Shown one piece after another: positions 1 to 11,569 of a DNA stretch of 64,000 bases. How positions within the stretch are numbered: position 1 is the stretch's first letter; each line of letters begins with the position of its first letter. The DNA comes from Squalus acanthias (Eukaryota), in assembly GCA_030390025.1 (NCBI GenBank), contig CM059433.1, positions 10,542,001 through 10,606,000 of the forward strand. Reading direction: 5' to 3'. The position numbers and the translations under genes were made by a program. The notes beneath the pieces are model-generated. The model did not search any database. It saw only the letters and a list, made by a program, of their open reading frames with translations, and was not told the origin of the DNA.

Positions 1-125
1 TCCAACTTTGGAGAGGCCCAGCATCGGAAGTGTCCGGACTTCAGGAGCCCTCAGGTAAGAGCGTAGATTTTTTTCCAATAGGAGGCCTCCGCACGCAGGA
101 AGCCTCCTAGCAGAAATTACGGGCC
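1..125 (+). mobile_element. Right end of a Harbinger-type MITE (runs off window start)
   Basis: Closely matches 16900-17022; ends in the terminal inverted repeat (TIR)-like agaaattacgggcc. Confidence 0.75.
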
Positions 126-284
126 ATAGTATCGGACGAGGTTTGGAAATAGTTTGACTGAGATGAGCTGTCTGAGTTGATGCACGCAGTGTAGGGTTTG
201 TAGATGTTGCCATCTTGTTAATGCGAAAAGGGGAAGGTGTGATTTTGATTTTGTGCGATAGTGTAAAACGGCTTATTACTTCCA

Positions 285-545
285 TTGAAAACAGTACCGA
301 AACGGCTCTTATCAAAGTTACAACTGACATCATATGTGACTGTGATAGTGGTAAACTATTCCTCCTCATCCTTCTCGACCTGTCTGCAGCCTTTGACAGG
401 GTTGACCACTCCATCCTCCTCCAACGCCTCTCCACCGTCGTCCAGCTGGGTGGGACCACACTCACCTGGTTCCATTCTTATCTATCCAATCGTAGCCAGA
501 GAATCACCTGCAACGGCTTCTCTTCCCACTCCCGCATCGTTGAAA
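285..545 (+). mobile_element. L2-clade LINE reverse transcriptase fragment
   Basis: Translation STETALIKVTTDI...LLILLDLSAAFDRVDHSILLQRL...WFHSYLSNRSQ, typical non-LTR RT motifs. Confidence 0.8.
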
Positions 546-1566
546 CTTGAAAACAGAAAAAGATCTGCAGAAACGCATTATTTTTTCCTCTCAGTTTTCT
601 GTCCGTAACCTTTTTACAACTGGAGACTCTGACTTGTGCGGGGAGTGGCTCCACGAATGCTCTGCTACCTCAGTCAAGCGGCCGTTCTTCAAAGGGGTTG
701 TTTTCTGACGTTGTGCTCCAGAAAATAGTTAGCAAGTCGTGGCCAAATTTGCAGTCCTCAACGCTGGTCCGTGAGGCTCTCTGCTGGGTGTGTATTATTA
801 GAAGATTACCCCTCATGTGTTAGCCTAGACACCAACGCCCCAAAAATCCACGATCCCGCCCTGGCACCATAACAATGGCAGAGCAGGACTTCGGTTTGGA
901 CAAATAGCAAACTGTCTGATCCTGTCGGATTTCCAAGGGGGTCAGGCAATTTGAATATTTTTGACGGGGACTTGTGTGAGTATTAGTGCGACTGGGGCAT
1001 CCTAATGTGGGATATCAGCAAAATGAAGTGCTGGCCAGCTGCTTGTGGGTAAAACAGGCAGGTCCGGCTGAAGACAAACCTGAAACCCACCTGTTTATAG
1101 CAAGGCTGGTTTTATTAGTGCCCGCTTTACAGCTTGAAACAGTCTCGAGGGCCCCCATTATGCCAGTGCCGGTATCGTACGCCCTCCTCTTGCAATTGCA
1201 CTGTAAATTGGAGACACTTAAGGTGGTACTGTGGGAATCCTGGCAGATGATGCCATTCTGCCAGTCCATCCTCCATTAGTGATGCCAGCCTACAAGAGAT
1301 AGACACAATAACGGCTCACCCCGCCCCCATTGGCTCCCACCCCAATTCCCAACATTAAATGACTATGTCCGCCCCGGACGCAGTCCCAATCTGCCAGTAA
1401 GTACGCAGATTTTCAGGGCCTGAATGCCAAGACGTCTATCCCTGTTCCCATCCTCACACAATGCCCACACATGGACAATTTTCAGCCAAGGTCACTGGCT
1501 GTTTTTTCTCCCACTCTCAAGTGCACTAAAGCCAACTATGCACCTGCAGGGACACTGAAGCAAGAA

Positions 1567-1902
1567 TGTACATATACACGCGTATACATGTGCGTGTGTA
1601 CGTATGTGCCTGTGCATGTGTGCGTGTGCGTGTGCATGTGCGTGTGTACGGTGCCTTTGTACGTGTGCATGTGTACGGTGCGTGTATGTGTGTGTTCGGT
1701 GCGTGTATGTGTGTGTGCATGTGTACGGTGCGTGTACGTGTGTGTTCGGTGCGTGTATGTGTGTGCATGTGCGTGTGTACAGTGCATGTACGTGTGCATG
1801 TGTATGGTGCGTGTACATGTGTGTGCATGTGCATGTGTACAGTGCGTGTACGTGTGCGTGTGCGTGTGTTCGGTGCGTGCATGTGTGTGTACGTGTGCGT
1901 GT
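1567..1902. repeat. Complex TG/CA-rich microsatellite
   Basis: Repeated tgtgtgtgcatgtgtacggtgcgtgta-like units. Confidence 0.95.
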
Positions 1903-3374
1903 GGGAGAGAAGGCAAAAGACAAAATATAGCTTTTGCACTGGTGTGCAGAAAGAACAGCGACACTTGTTTGCCTTATAAACTACATCAGTATTGTCACGA
2001 CTAATTAAATCAGAGGCTAATTGACTTAGCCGATCACAGCTGCAGCAACAGTTAGAGCATTACAATTGGCTTCAGCGCGCCCTGCATTAACGAGGGAATG
2101 ATACCAGCCGCGATCCCTGCTCCTGATTGTCATCCGGTGATGGGCCTTGCCACCTTTTATCAATTTCAAAACCAGATTAGGGACAAGACAGTGGTAGAAT
2201 CATGGCTTGAATTCTGATGTTTTCTTTGCTGATGATGAATATTCATTGAAACCCTTAAAAGCATTAATAACTAATAGCTCTGCATCACCGAGGCAGGGAA
2301 GTGGAAAAAAGTAGCATTAAATCAGATTTTTTTTTAGTGCTTGGTATACACTTTAGAAATTTTCGGAAAGCTCACTGAAAAACTGAGTATACAGAACCCA
2401 TATTAGTCTGGGGTGCAGAACTATTTCCAGCTTAATTACTGCACAATGTAATTGTATTAGCGTGCGCTGGTATAACCACACAGTGGAATGTGTATTCATG
2501 AGCATGACAATATAGTTAAGACTTCCAGTTTTTGGATCTAACAAATAAACTGATAAAGCATCACAGAATGGAAAATTTTGAAGTCAGAGGCCATTTTGGC
2601 AACACCAGTAGAACGTCAAAGAAATGGAGAAAAAGGTGAAGCAATATTCTCACCTCTATTGAATTTCTGCCACAACTTAGCAACAAGCGCTTTCCACAAG
2701 TTTAATGAAATGACGTTAAAATGATTCCCGTCTGCGCAACCACACAAGTAAACTTTCAAAGAGGTTTCTCGTCCCATTTCCTTTTCCAGATTCACCTTCC
2801 ACTCACCGCGATAAGAGACCTGTTACATCTCTGCGAGGTCCGCAGCGCAGGGATGCTACAGAGATCCGAACTTCTAGTGGGTTGAAATTCCTCCATGCGC
2901 TATTTTTAACACATTGGTTGAAGCACTAGCATCAAATTCCTGCTATTTTAAGGAGAATTTCAATTGTGCTTGGGAATATCCTGATTTCATTACTGAAGAT
3001 GTGTGAGAGGGTTTTACACCCAGATTTTCTGCTTTGGCACAAATCAGCCAAATCTTCGACAGGGCGCGACCTCCGCCTACTAAAGAAATCCGCCACTAAC
3101 TCTGGTCAACCATCGGGCCTCAGGGTCACTTCAATATTGGAGGGGAGCTCCCAGCCGACAGCGGGAAGTCCCACAAGATTGGAGCCAGAGTTTTGCTGTG
3201 GCTGGTTTCGGAGGCCAATCACAGTGAAGAGCTGTAATGTTTTACAAATAAAGAGTCGTAAATATACTAAGGATCATTTTCTAACTTCACAATACTGACA
3301 ATGAATGGTTGGCAAATTTAGTGCAGCACACAACTGTATTTCTGATTCATGCTGCCGGTGGGCCAGGGCACCCA

Positions 3375-3556
3375 CTGGGATTGTAAGTCAGAATCCCGGA
3401 ACTCCCTCACTAACAGCACTGTGGGCATACCTTCACCACACGGACTGCAATGGTTCAAGAAGGCGGCTCACCACCACCTTCTCAAGGGGCAATTAGGGAT
3501 GGGCAATAAATGCTGGCCTTGCCAGCGACGTCCACATCCCATAAACGAATAAAAAA
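3375..3556 (+). mobile_element. 3' tail of a LINE (same family as 40562-41030 and 51383-52145)
   Basis: Shared ggaactccct..aacagcactgtggg..gcggctcaccaccaccttctcaaggg..gggcaataaatgctggccttgccagcgacg, ends in A-run. Confidence 0.75.
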
Positions 3557-3573
3557 AATATTACTCCAATACT

Positions 3574-4263
3574 GGGCCATAATTTGCTGTCAAAATAACG
3601 GTAAGGCTAATGACGCTCACCGTTATTTATGCGTAAATGGTACAGCAACTTCAGGACAGGGCAGAAGTGCGGTTAAATGCGGAAATCGAAAAGTTGCTGT
3701 CTGAGCTGCATTAGCTTCATGAACATGGCATCTCGCTGTCTAACTCACCGTTGAAATGCATTGGACGGCGTGAAGTTGCTGCATTAGCACTGTCCATTTC
3801 AGTCACCCTTTTAATGATGTGATAAGTCTTAATTACTGCCAGTCAACCTCTCTGGCACAGAAAATTAACTATTACAAGTGTGGAGTCTCACGCCTTGAGA
3901 ATTTAATTGTTGTTGGAGATTTTTTAAATGATAAATTTAAGACATTTTTATTTTGCCTTTCTTTTCTGTCTCTTTTTGCTCTCTCTCTTAATCCAATCTT
4001 TCTTTCCCTTTCTTTATTTCTCTTTCTGTATCTGATTTGACTCTAATTCACCCAGTCTAATTTACACTTCCTTCTCAGTCCTTGTGCTGTTAATTTCACA
4101 ATCCATCAATCTGATTGGTTAATGAGATGCACAGTTGATTGTCCTCTTCACTTAGCCCGCACTTACTGCAATTTGCCATGCAAAAAATGTAAAAACCTAA
4201 ATGTGCTCGGACAAGTCTAACGGCAGACGACGTTTGATTTGCTTCTACAGCAAATTATGGCCC
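3574..4263. mobile_element. Harbinger-type MITE
   Basis: Perfect 17-bp TIR gggccataatttgctgt / acagcaaattatggccc; 3-bp flanks act/att. Confidence 0.8.
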
Positions 4264-4469
4264 ATTATGTACAGAAAGAAAGAAAGAATTTGCATTTATA
4301 TAGCGTCTTTCATGGCCTCAGAACATTCCAGAGCGCTTTACAGCTAATAAAGTACTTTTTGAGTGTAGTCACTGTTGCAATGTAGTAATTAATGTTATAT
4401 AACTAAAATGCGTTTAACCATCTGAGAACTGTACACTAAGTTTCTTTTGAGGTGGATTGTGGTTTTCAT

Positions 4470-4772
4470 GTATTAACCCATATTTTTCCAAATGTCAATT
4501 AATTCTGTTCCAGATTAATGTTTATGAAAGTTGCCCCACCACCGACGTTAGTCTGATTGACCTGTAATTGTTGGGTTTATCCATCTCCCCTTCTTTGAAT
4601 AGGGGTGTAACATTTGCAATCCTCCAGTACTCTGGCACCACTCCCATATCCAAGGAGGATTGGAAGATTGTGACCAGAGCCTCTGCAATTTCCACCTTTA
4701 CTTTCCTCAGCAACCAAGGATGCATCCCACCCCGGTGACTATTTCACTTTGAGCATTGCCAAACTTTCAAGT
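4470..4772 (-). mobile_element. CR1 LINE ORF2 fragment, first piece of a split copy (continues about 5683-6081 and 11570-11912)
   Basis: Translation HPWLLRKVKVEIAEALVTIFQSSL...WRIANVTPLFK...NYRSIRLTSVVG; sequence is continuous across the later insertions. Confidence 0.8.
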
Positions 4773-4773
4773 A

Positions 4774-5256
4774 CAGGAAACTCTTTCGTATCCGGCACCT
4801 ACGGGACCGGGATGGTGCCGGTTGATTAAAAATTCCGGATAACGGAGAGGTATACCTACCAAGGCAATTTATATATCGGCCGACCTCAGACCAGAAGGTG
4901 GTAATTCTGTGGGGGTGTTCCGAACTCGGGAGGGAGGTGGGACACGGAGTGGCAATGGCCCAAGCTGGTTTTGTAAAAGCCGAAGGAGCACACCTGCTTA
5001 TTCTGGCCCCACAAATATACAGTAAAACTTCCCTTTGGGTTCCTCTTTGGCTGGACGGCCAGCTGATACTGTGCGGGGAAGATTGCAGCACCCACAGCAA
5101 CGGCGGGAACAAGTGGTAAGTCATTCATTCCCCACCATTTTCGGGACACTACTGCCCCGTTCCTTCTGGGGCGGAAGCCTCAAAACCTACTCCTGAATTT
5201 TGCCGGTTATTAAAGAATTCCGGATGATTAAGTGCCGTTTAAACAAGAGTTTACTG
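4774..5256. mobile_element. Tc1/mariner (pogo/Tigger-like) non-autonomous element
   Basis: Termini caggaaactctt / aagagtttactg, each flanked by TA; subterminal tccgga/gccgg repeats at both ends. Confidence 0.65.
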
Positions 5257-5258
5257 TA

Positions 5259-5675
5259 CATACAAACATACATACGAACATATGAATTAAGAGCAAGAGT
5301 AGGCCATTCGGCCCCTCGAGCCTGCTCCGCCATTCAATGAGATCATGGCTGATCTGATTACTCCACATTCCCACCTACCCCCAATAACCTTTCACCCCCT
5401 TTACTTATCAAGAATCTATCTACCTCGGCCTTAAAAATATTCAAAGACTCTGCTTCCACCGCCCTCTGAGGAAGAGAGTTCCAAAGACTCATGACCCTCT
5501 GTGAGAAAAAATCTCTCCTCATCTCTGTCTTAAATGGGCGACCCCTTATTTTTAAACAGTGATCCCTAGTTCTAGATTCTCCCACAAGAGGAAACATCCT
5601 CTCCACATCCACCCTGTCCAGGCCCCTCAGGATCTTATATGTTTCAATCAAGTCACCTCTTACTCTTCTAAACTA
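5259..5675 (-). mobile_element. CR1 LINE 3' fragment
   Basis: Translation IETYKILRGLDRVDVERMFPLVGESRTRDH...FFSQRVMSLWNSLPQ plus CR1 3'UTR and short-repeat tail. Confidence 0.9.
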
Positions 5676-6575
5676 CTCTTCTAAAGTACCTCCTCTTTAT
5701 CTATTTTTAGCCTATCCAATTTCTATACTACCTCCTCCTTTACTTTGACATTAACAACATCCTCTTCTTTAGTGAAGACATATGGAAAGTACTCATTTAG
5801 TACCTCAGCTATGCTTTCTACCTCCATAAGAAAATCACCTTTTTGGTCCCCAATCTGCCCCAGCCTTCCTTTGACTACTTTTCTAACTGTTTACATGTTT
5901 ATTAAAGACTTTTGGGTTCCCTTTTATGTTGCCCACTAATCTATTCTCATACATTCTCTTTTGCTTCTCTTAATTCCTTTTTCAGTTCCTCCCTGTACTT
6001 TCTGTATTCAGCTTGGTTCTCTACTGAATTATGAACCCAACATTTATCATAAGTTTTTTTCTGTTTCATTTTAATCTCGATGGGGGAGAAATTCGGCATG
6101 TTAACGCCTCCTATTGGCGCCTGGGGGCGGCGCTAACGGGGCGCGAATGGGTTTGCGGCGGGGCGCGGCGAATCCAACGCCGCACGTGAAATTAACCCGG
6201 GATTTAGCGCTGGCGCGAACATTTAACACCTAGGCCTTTAGCGCCTGGCAGATGGTGACGTCAATGAGTTTGGAACGCCCCGTTAACGGCTCAGATGCAA
6301 AATTGACTGCCGCCCCCTGCCTTAGCGCCTGGCCTGAACAACGGCAGGAAGAGGCGGCATTCTGCATTCGATGGCCGCTGTAGGAGCGGTATTTAAAGGG
6401 ATCAACATCCACTTTCATTTTAGTGGCCAATCAATGCTGCCTGCTCAGTTTCACATTGCGAAATAGCCGATTTCAGTGAGTTAAACGTTTCATACTTTCA
6501 GGAGTGTTCTGCCTGCTAAAAATTTGTCACTTTCATTCTGCTAAGATTTCAAACTCTCTACACTTGGTTACATTA

Positions 6576-7738
6576 ATGGGGGCTGTACTGGTGCTCGACC
6601 TCGCCCTCCAGCATCAACGTCGGAGGTATCGGAGGCAGAGACAAAGTTTGCAAAACGTGGCCAGACGGAGGAGGGAGGAGGCCTTACCCTCCCAGGGTAT
6701 TCCGGGAGCACTTCTCCTACATAAATTTCACTGAGGAGCAGTGTCTTAGAAGGCTCCGCTTCAGAATGAGGTGGTCACAGAGCTCTGCCACCTCCTGCAG
6801 CCAGACCTCGAGCCTCAGATCAGGACCACCACGGCTCTCTCAGTGGCAGTCAAGGTCAGCGTTGCCCTCAATTTCCATGCCAGCGGATCCTTCCAGTCTG
6901 TAGCAGGGGACATATTTAACATTTTGCAGTTCGCCGTCCATCGCTGCATCCGGGAGGTCACAGAGGCTCTCTACAGTAGGAGAAAAGGAGAAGGGACTAC
7001 ATTTCCTTCCCCATCACCAGAGAGAAGCAGGACAAGCGTGCATGTGGCTTTGCCAGGATAGCGGGCTTCCCCGTGGTGCAGGGCACCATTGACTGCACCC
7101 ACGTCGCTTTGCGGGCACCCCATAGCAATCCTGAGGTATTCCGTAACCGCAAAGGATACCACTCACTTAATGTGCAGTTGGTGTGCAACCACAGACAGCA
7201 AATCCTCAATGTGAATGTCCGCTATCCTGGCAGCAGCCACGGTGCCTTCATCCCGCGCCAGACCGGTATACTAGCTCTGTTCCAGCCATCACATCAAACT
7301 CGCGGCTGGCTGGTCAGAGACAAGGGCTCTCCGCTCTCCACCTGGCTCATGACTCTCCTCCGCAACCCCAACACTGCTGCTCAGCACTCATAATGAGAGT
7401 CATGCCGCCACCAGGAACATCAGTGAGCAGACCATCGGAGTGCTCAAGCAACGGTTCCGCTGCCTTGACTGCTCGGGAGGAGCCCTCCAGTACTCGGCTG
7501 AGTGGGTCTTCTTTTCGTCGTCGTCTGCTGCATGCTGCACAACTTGGCCATCATGAGGGCCCAGCCATTGCCACCAGGGATTGCGGGACAACCTCAGGAG
7601 GAGGAAGAGGGAGAGGAGGAGGAGGAGGAGGAGGTGGAAGAGGAGTAGGAAGAGGAGGAGGAACAGCAGCGAGGGAGGAGGCAGCCACTCAATCGGCCTT
7701 CGGGAAGTGACCACCTCATCAGACTGTGGTTCAAATAA
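6576..7738 (+). pseudogene. Harbinger (HARBI1-like) DDE transposase with frameshifts and stops
   Basis: Pieces in several frames: LRRLRF..LSVAVKVSVALNFHASGSFQ..VHRCIREVTEAL..GFPVVQGTIDCTHVALRAP..RNRKGYHSLNVQLVC..PGSSHG..RDKG..SEQTIGVLKQRFRCL..CCMLHNL, then an acidic tail; TAA at 7736-7738. Confidence 0.9.
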
Positions 7739-7913
7739 ATTCTACCCAATAAATTCTACCCAATATCCCGGTTGCTGACCACATCCCCATCATTCCATCC
7801 ATTTCGATGCCATATCACGGCGCAAAGCTGAAATGAGAGACAGCACAAATTCTGCAAAATTCAATTAATAAATTTATCAACAATCAGTAAACACATATAT
7901 ACAACAATATTAA

Positions 7914-10582
7914 TTATTCACCCTTGTGCAAACCCTTACTTCCCCTCTTTACAGTGCCTTTTCCTAATCTACTGCTCCTACGTAGTGTTGGCCCAGTAGC
8001 TGCAGCAGGGCTGGTGGAAGGCTGCTGAGTGTTCATGCGGGAGACTTCAGATGGCCTTGCAGGACGTCCTCGACCAGCTCTGGGCCTGGAAGGCCCGGCT
8101 GTAGACTGCACCACCTCAGGCTGGGCGGCAGCAGTCTGGCCTGGCTGGATGACAAGCAGCGACAAGGGCAATGGGGGAGTGTCAGTGGTGGGATCAGGAA
8201 TGCTGTCATCCTGAGAGAGGATAGCAGGTTCCTGCTCCACTGATGCACTGCCACTGCCCCGGGGCAGCACCTCAGCATCCCTAGCAATCTCCTGGAGCAC
8301 AGATTGCTGGCCTGCTGTGACACCGTGAGATCCTCGGTGGACTGTGGTGGACCCAGTGATGATGGCAGTGGTCAGAGCTTGCGTGGCATCAAGCTGAGAC
8401 TGCATGAGAGCAGTCTGAGACTCGGTGGCAGCAACCATTGACTGCATTACAGCACTAAGACGTTGCGTGGCTTCCGCCTGTGCTGCAATGGATGCTGCCA
8501 CATTGCCCATGACATGCGGTATGAGGTCTGGGTCCCCATAGTTTCTCAGGGAGTCCACCATCCTTGGCAGACTGCCAAGGATGGGCTCCATGGTGTGCGC
8601 AGAGCTCTGTGCAATGTTGGAGGCGGACTCCTCCACACTCCTTATCATTGCTGACAGGTTCTCGGGCAACCTTGCCATTGCACCTATCGGCCCAGAAATT
8701 AGACTTCGATGGTTGCCGCGGGGGTAAGGATCGTGCGCGATCTTACCTACCGCGCCTGCCTTTATGGTTCGGGCCCACACGAACTTCTGGTCCTGGGCCT
8801 CTCCCTGGTGCCGGCGCGCAGTGTGTGCGTGTCCCAGAGGCGCAGTTAGTTCGATGCGACCTCTGGGATCACGTGGGCCAGTTAGAGCCAATGGCAGCAC
8901 ACCATCTTTCATTCATAGTTTTGACAGGAGAACTGTCAAAACTATGAATACAACAAGCCCCCAAAAGAACAGCTAAACCTCAATTAAATTAAAAAAAACC
9001 ATCACATTAATAAAATAACTATAGTTAAATAAATTAACCACTTTAAACAAAAATTTTAATTTTTGAAAAAATTTAAATTCTTTTTAAAAGTTATAAAAAT
9101 AAACTTACCTTTCTTTAAAGTCTCTAAAAAAGATAAACCTGTTAAAAAAAATTTAAAATAATACTTAATTAACTACTTACCTTGTTAAAAGGGGGTCTTA
9201 CGCCTCCTTTTTTCATGTGTAAAATCTTCCATACTTACCCTCGCGTTCAAACCTGAAAAAAAACCTAAGTGTGCTGCGTGCGCACAGCCTGTAGTGCGCA
9301 CGCGGTTCACTTAGGAACCGCCCCCTTCGCAATATCGGAAGTGCCGGTTTCCCGCGCATGCGCAGTGCATGCAGGAAACCGGCACTTCGGGACCGAATAC
9401 GGGTGAGTCCACAGTGCGTACTCTCCCGTATTCAGCCGAATTTCTGGGCCATCATCTCGGTGTGCATGCCCATCACCCTTCTTGTGAACGCCTCCCCATC
9501 GAGGTCCTCATCTGAGTCATGTGCAGCAGAACTCGCGCGTGAACTCACCCTCCGGGGAGCTGGTCCCCGAGCTACCCTTTCCCCCTGGCCTTGCTGCAGC
9601 CCACTCGTGCCCAGTGCATCACCCAGTGCAGACCCCTCTACTAAACTTGTCTCTCAAGATCTCGTAGTGCCAGTATCTGAGGTGATGCCTGCGGGTGAGA
9701 CATGCAGTGATGTGGTGCTTTGTTCCTCCTCCTCTTCTCCTGCCTCACTCTCACTGGGAGGCTCAGGGACAGGCTGGTCAGCTGGTTGCTGATTATCTGA
9801 AAGCATAAAGGCACAAGACTCACTTTAAGGTGAGGGCAAGGGGGCAGGAAGGGAGCAAGGAATGCAGACAGTATAATTAGCTGGAAAGTGGGAAAGGCTT
9901 GTGGTGTGAGGGGGAAGTGGGATGAGAGAAGGAGAGGGGATGAACATACCGTTGTTGCCCCCAAGGGGGTCGATGTCGCCGACGGCCACGGTGCCCATCA
10001 CCTGCCACCCAATGACTCGCAGCACTCACTCCTCCAGGTCTGTAAGTTGTTGGATGTCCGCTTCACCCCCGCCTGTTCATTGCTGCTCCCTCCTATTGTG
10101 GGCCAGCTTGGCCTGCAAGAGAAAGGAAAGTGTGTGAGTGAGTGTGCAGCTATGTGTTTGAACGATGTGCCTGCCATAGTTGAATAGCTGTGATTGTAGG
10201 CAAGGCGTGAGATGTGGATGTGAGTTTTAGTAGGTGGGGGTGCTTGGTGGGTGAGTGGTGGGGATGTGGTGGTTTGTGCAGTGTGTACAGACTGAGGTTC
10301 AGATGCTGGTATGTGGGACTTGTTGAAGCATGTACTCACCCTGACCACCCGAGTGAGCTCGTTGAATTTTTTATGGCACTGTGTGAGGGTCCTGAGGACC
10401 ACACTGCTGGCCGAGATGTCCTGGGCCATTTCCCTCCACATTGCCCTGAAGACCTGGGGCAATGGCCTCCTGCCAGTGGCCAGGAACAGCACTGCCCTCC
10501 TTCTTTCGACTGCCACGACCAATGCCTCCAATTCCTGGTCACTGAAACAGCGAGCTCTCTCCCTGGGACTGGGATCAGCCAT
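7914..10582 (-). pseudogene. Harbinger Myb/SANT-like DNA-binding protein, 3 exons (10582-10340, 10112-9950, 9796-7914 minus the MITE)
   Basis: MADPSPRERARCFSDQELEALV...W.EMA..IS....RT..QCHKKFNEL; GT-AG introns with consistent phase; in-frame TGA stops; last exon interrupted by MITE 8689-9450. Confidence 0.85.
8689..9450. mobile_element. Harbinger-type MITE nested in the Myb-like gene
   Basis: TIR ggcccagaaatt / aatttctgggcc; exact 3-bp TSD ATC (8686-8688, 9451-9453). Confidence 0.9.
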
Positions 10583-10938
10583 GAGGATAAGAGGTGTGGC
10601 TGTTGAGTTGCTTGGAGGTCACCTTCAGAGCCAGCAATGTTGAGAATGAGGTTGTGCAGAATGATTGAACCTCCCCTTTAAGATCTGGAAGGAGCCAATG
10701 TGAATGATGAGTCCCGATTGGAGTGCACCTGAAATTGGTTATCGCTGTGTGGGTAGCGCCCCGCTCTCTGTGTGTAGCGCCCTAAGTTAGGTGATTAACG
10801 CTTGATTTAGCGCTCCAGTTCTTTCTTGGAGTGCTAACAATCAATTTAGCGGGAGGTCAGAAGGATTAGCGCCTGGCGCCAATTCTCCCCAACTTTTTAA
10901 AATTTAGTGCCCCCACCTGGGCGATACCAAATTTCTAG

Positions 10939-11569
10939 CGGGGAGAAATTCAGTATCGCCCCATTTGGGGCGCTAACTTTTGAAAGCTGGGAAACTTAGC
11001 GCCAGGCGCTAATGATACCCAGCTTTTGAAAAATTTGGTGTTTGCGCTCCAGGAAGGAAGTGGAGCGCTAAATCAAGCACTCCACCTCCTCCCTGGAGCG
11101 CTAAAGGACGCAGGCGGGGCGGTAGTGGTGCACAATGTCCCGTGCAGCGCTGCCGCGTTCTGAGGCTCCTTCCTTCCCTTAAAGGGAAGGGCCGTCGCTG
11201 CAGGCTCTGCATTAGGCCCAGTTAGCTAGTCCCCGATGGCAGCCGTGATCCGGCCCGATCAGCCCCATGCACTGCAGTAGAGCGCCGGGCTGATCGATCG
11301 CGGCCAGGGAACAATAAAAAAAAATCAATTACAACGTTGTTAAAATTTTTCTCCTACCCGTGCCAACATTCCCTTTTATTTGCGCCTCCGAAGCTCCCGG
11401 CCTCCCGAACAACGCCTCCTGCAGCTGTCGGTGTTGTCGCCCGGCGATGCTGCAGGGGGGCGGAACCGAAGTTCGGGTCCGGGGGACTCCTGGGGCGACG
11501 CGCACGGCAATGACGTCACGACCCCCGGAGGCGCTAGCGGGAGGCACTAAGGTACCGAATTTCTCCCTC
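10939..11569 (-). mobile_element. Non-autonomous Harbinger element, inverted relative to 6082-10938
   Basis: Termini ggggagaaattcag / ccgaatttctccctc; homologous in reverse to 26726-27328 and to both ends of the large element. Confidence 0.8.

Larger units (their letters stand above)
6082..10938 (+). mobile_element. PIF/Harbinger DNA transposon, autonomous-type structure, decayed
   Basis: Termini gggggagaaattcgg / ccaaatttctag; gcgcc/tagcgc-rich subterminal regions; convergent DDE transposase and Myb/SANT-like genes. Confidence 0.9.

Noticed and set aside
1471..2004. Six overlapping Cys/Val- and His/Thr-rich ORFs
   Set aside because: Artefact of the stop-free TG/CA microsatellite
6576..7738. 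Host HARBI1 gene
   Set aside because: Frameshifted, inside TIRs and paired with a Myb-like gene, so a transposon copy rather than the domesticated gene
7914..8912. 332-aa minus-strand ORF as a stand-alone gene
   Set aside because: The first 75 or so codons are MITE sequence; the rest is the last exon of the Harbinger Myb-like gene
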